Part shown: positions 30,945-32,000 of the stretch, piece after piece
How positions within the stretch are numbered: position 1 is the first letter of the stretch
Layout: every line of letters starts with the position of its first letter
Assembly: GCF_000020025.1 (NCBI RefSeq)
Contig: NC_010628.1
Location: forward strand, 3,210,001-3,242,000
Source: Nostoc punctiforme PCC 73102
Lineage (GTDB): Bacteria > Cyanobacteriota > Cyanobacteriia > Cyanobacteriales > Nostocaceae
Direction of reading: 5' to 3'
Length of the DNA: 32,000 bases
Notes under the pieces: generated by a model
Databases searched by the model: none
Told to the model about the DNA's origin: nothing
What the model saw: only the letters and a program-made list of their open reading frames with translations
Position numbers and translations under genes: made by a program

Positions 30945-31877
30945 TTAACCGCCTGTGTAAATCGGTATGAAACTGAGTCGGGGCATGGACGCAACGATGT
31001 GTCCATCAATATAGGGCAAAGCTAAAGTATTGATTGCTGCCATGTTGTAACCAGCGATCGCGTCTCCCCTATCCTGCCCCTCGTCATCGGTGAGGTAATA
31101 CTCGTGAGTGAGAATACACAGTGGTGTATCGGTGATAGTTCCAATTTTTGTACCAATAACTTGGTTTCCATTAGAACTAGAAGCGGTAATAGTCAAAGCG
31201 CCTACAGGTGTTGTGACTGCTACAACTGCCGTACCTGTACTACCACCAGTACCTTGAGCTACGCTGCTCGTTACGGTAAAAACCGCTCTATTCTGACGGT
31301 GAGTGAAAGTAATCACAGCACCGGCAACAGTGGCATCAATATCAGCCCAACTTGAAGTTTGTGATTTTTGGGCATCGAATGCAGTCTTTAATCCAGTGGC
31401 GACATCACTAGGTACTGTAGTTGTGGCAGTAAATCCAAAAGAAATGCCGTCTGCGGTGAGAGTGAAAATGTTACCGACTGCTGGGGAGGCGATCGTTACT
31501 GTAGTAGTTTGCGGCCCATCTGTGGCAGAAACTGCGGTTACTGTTCCAAAAGCTGCCGCACTTGCGTTTACTACCGCAGCATTTTCAGCAGTGGGAGTGC
31601 TTGAAGGCGTACCAATTACTTTGAGAACATCCCCTGGTTTAAATGCCCAGGGATTATTCACAATCACGGTGGTTGCATCGCTAGCATAAGGACTGATAAT
31701 TTTCGCCCTTGGCAATATGCGGTTAGCAGTAGTCAATATACTGCCAGGTAATATACGCCGATGACCGCCAATTTTAGCGATATCAGTAGGTGTAATATAT
31801 CGTCCATACAGTCTCTCGGTGTTGACGTTGTTGTATAGGACTGGGCGCTCAATTCTGTAACTGTAGCGAGTAAGCAT
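30945..31877 (-). CDS. Head decoration-like protein with an inserted T/A/V-rich domain (310 aa)
   Basis: Lies immediately upstream of the capsid gene. The N-terminal ILPGSILTTANRILPRAKI and the C-terminal region resemble decoration (gpD-like) proteins. The central ~150 aa are T/A/V/S/G-rich, Ig-like-looking repeats. The call is by position and weak motif resemblance. Confidence 0.5.
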   Translation of the reverse strand: MLTRYSYRIERPVLYNNVNTERLYGRYITPTDIAKIGGHRRILPGSILTTANRILPRAKIISPYASDATTVIVNNPWAFKPGDVLKVIGTPSSTPTAENAAVVNASAAAFGTVTAVSATDGPQTTTVTIASPAVGNIFTLTADGISFGFTATTTVPSDVATGLKTAFDAQKSQTSSWADIDATVAGAVITFTHRQNRAVFTVTSSVAQGTGGSTGTAVVAVTTPVGALTITASSSNGNQVIGTKIGTITDTPLCILTHEYYLTDDEGQDRGDAIAGYNMAAINTLALPYIDGHIVASMPRLSFIPIYTGG

Positions 31878-31917
31878 GGTTTTGTATTACGAAATATTAA
31901 GACCAATTGGTCTTGGT

Positions 31918-32000
31918 TTATTGGTAGCCGTGGCGAGAACGGTAATTGCTTACAAATTCTTTGCTTTCTTCTTTTTCGTGAGCATCGACATCAATCGTCT
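31918..32000 (-). CDS. 3' end of an upstream minus-strand gene (frame uncertain)
   Basis: Two minus-strand frames are open to the window edge. One ends ...TIDVDAHEKEESKEFVSNYRSRHGYQ* with its stop at 31918-31920. The other ends ...MLTKKKKAKNL* with its stop at 31950-31952. I cannot choose between them without upstream sequence. Confidence 0.3.
   Translation of the reverse strand, partial: TIDVDAHEKEESKEFVSNYRSRHGYQ

Larger units (their letters stand above)
1..32000. repeat. Dispersed HIP1 octamers (GCGATCGC), ~66 copies by manual count
   Basis: Counted by eye line by line, so the figure may be off by a few. For a palindromic 8-mer about 0.5 copies would be expected in 32 kb at equal base frequencies. 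Copies occur in coding and intergenic DNA on both gene orientations. Confidence 0.9.

Noticed and set aside
1-32000. HIP1-free stretches of 1.1-1.4 kb (for example 1545-2939, 5633-6968, 15909-17042) might mark recently acquired DNA.
   Set aside because: Similar gaps also occur inside core genes (the tape measure gene at 14345-15615 and the capsid gene at 29475-30665). With about 66 sites in 32 kb, several gaps of this size are expected by chance. Only the independent AT-richness of 1577-2940 is retained as evidence.
1-32000. The region might be a tailocin, a phage-tail-like particle cluster or a gene transfer agent rather than a phage.
   Set aside because: Capsid, decoration, terS and terL genes are all present and look intact, which argues against a tail-only particle. 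A GTA cannot be formally excluded without the flanks, but the 2074-aa tape measure gene and the accessory loci fit a full phage or prophage.

Overview
This window reads as the late (packaging and virion) region of a siphovirus-like phage or prophage of a heterocyst-forming (Nostocales-type) cyanobacterium. The host inference has two supports. The cyanobacterial HIP1 octamer GCGATCGC occurs about 66 times by my manual count. STRR-type heptamer arrays occur at three loci, including TTGGTCA.

Almost all genes are on the minus strand. Reading 5'->3' on that strand (high to low coordinates), the order is:
- the 3' end of an upstream gene, a decoration-like protein, and a lambda-gpE-like major capsid protein;
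- a ComEA-type helix-hairpin-helix protein, a very basic 109-aa protein, and a DUF1320/Mu gp36-like connector;
- a ~900-aa ParB/Srx-domain protein, a Mu G / P2 gpS-like morphogenesis protein, two small accessory genes, a neck protein, and a putative tail tube;
- a chaperone pair with a plausible -1 frameshift;
- a three-gene plus-strand cassette;
- terS, a 71-aa ORF, an Rv2179c-like DEDDh exonuclease, and terL;
- a small accessory locus: a membrane peptide, two plus-strand genes, and a divergent ribbon-helix-helix gene;
- a 2074-aa tape measure protein and ten translationally coupled tail-tip and fibre genes.

No portal, protease, integrase, repressor, lysis gene, tRNA, rRNA or CRISPR array is visible, so the element boundaries are unknown.

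The candidates I consider most worth follow-up are:
1. A set of nucleic-acid-binding-type proteins embedded in the head/neck module. It comprises the HhH protein, a net +14 basic protein, and the ParB/Srx giant protein, which has a thrice-repeated Cys module and an in-frame heptamer array. The basic protein and the giant protein share an ANFSSTYTR motif.
2. A self-contained unit at 15868-16582. It has a near-consensus promoter with an operator-like 14-mer in its spacer, a divergent RHH gene, a 64-aa strongly acidic protein, a ~108-nt multi-hairpin element and a terminator. This layout is what an anti-defence locus under autorepression would look like.
3. A YHPP-motif hairpin protein (Acb2/Tad1-like, judged by eye) inserted among the neck genes.
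4. The displacement of the terminase genes between the tail chaperones and the tape measure gene.

All functional calls rest on motif recognition by eye and on gene order. No database search was run.
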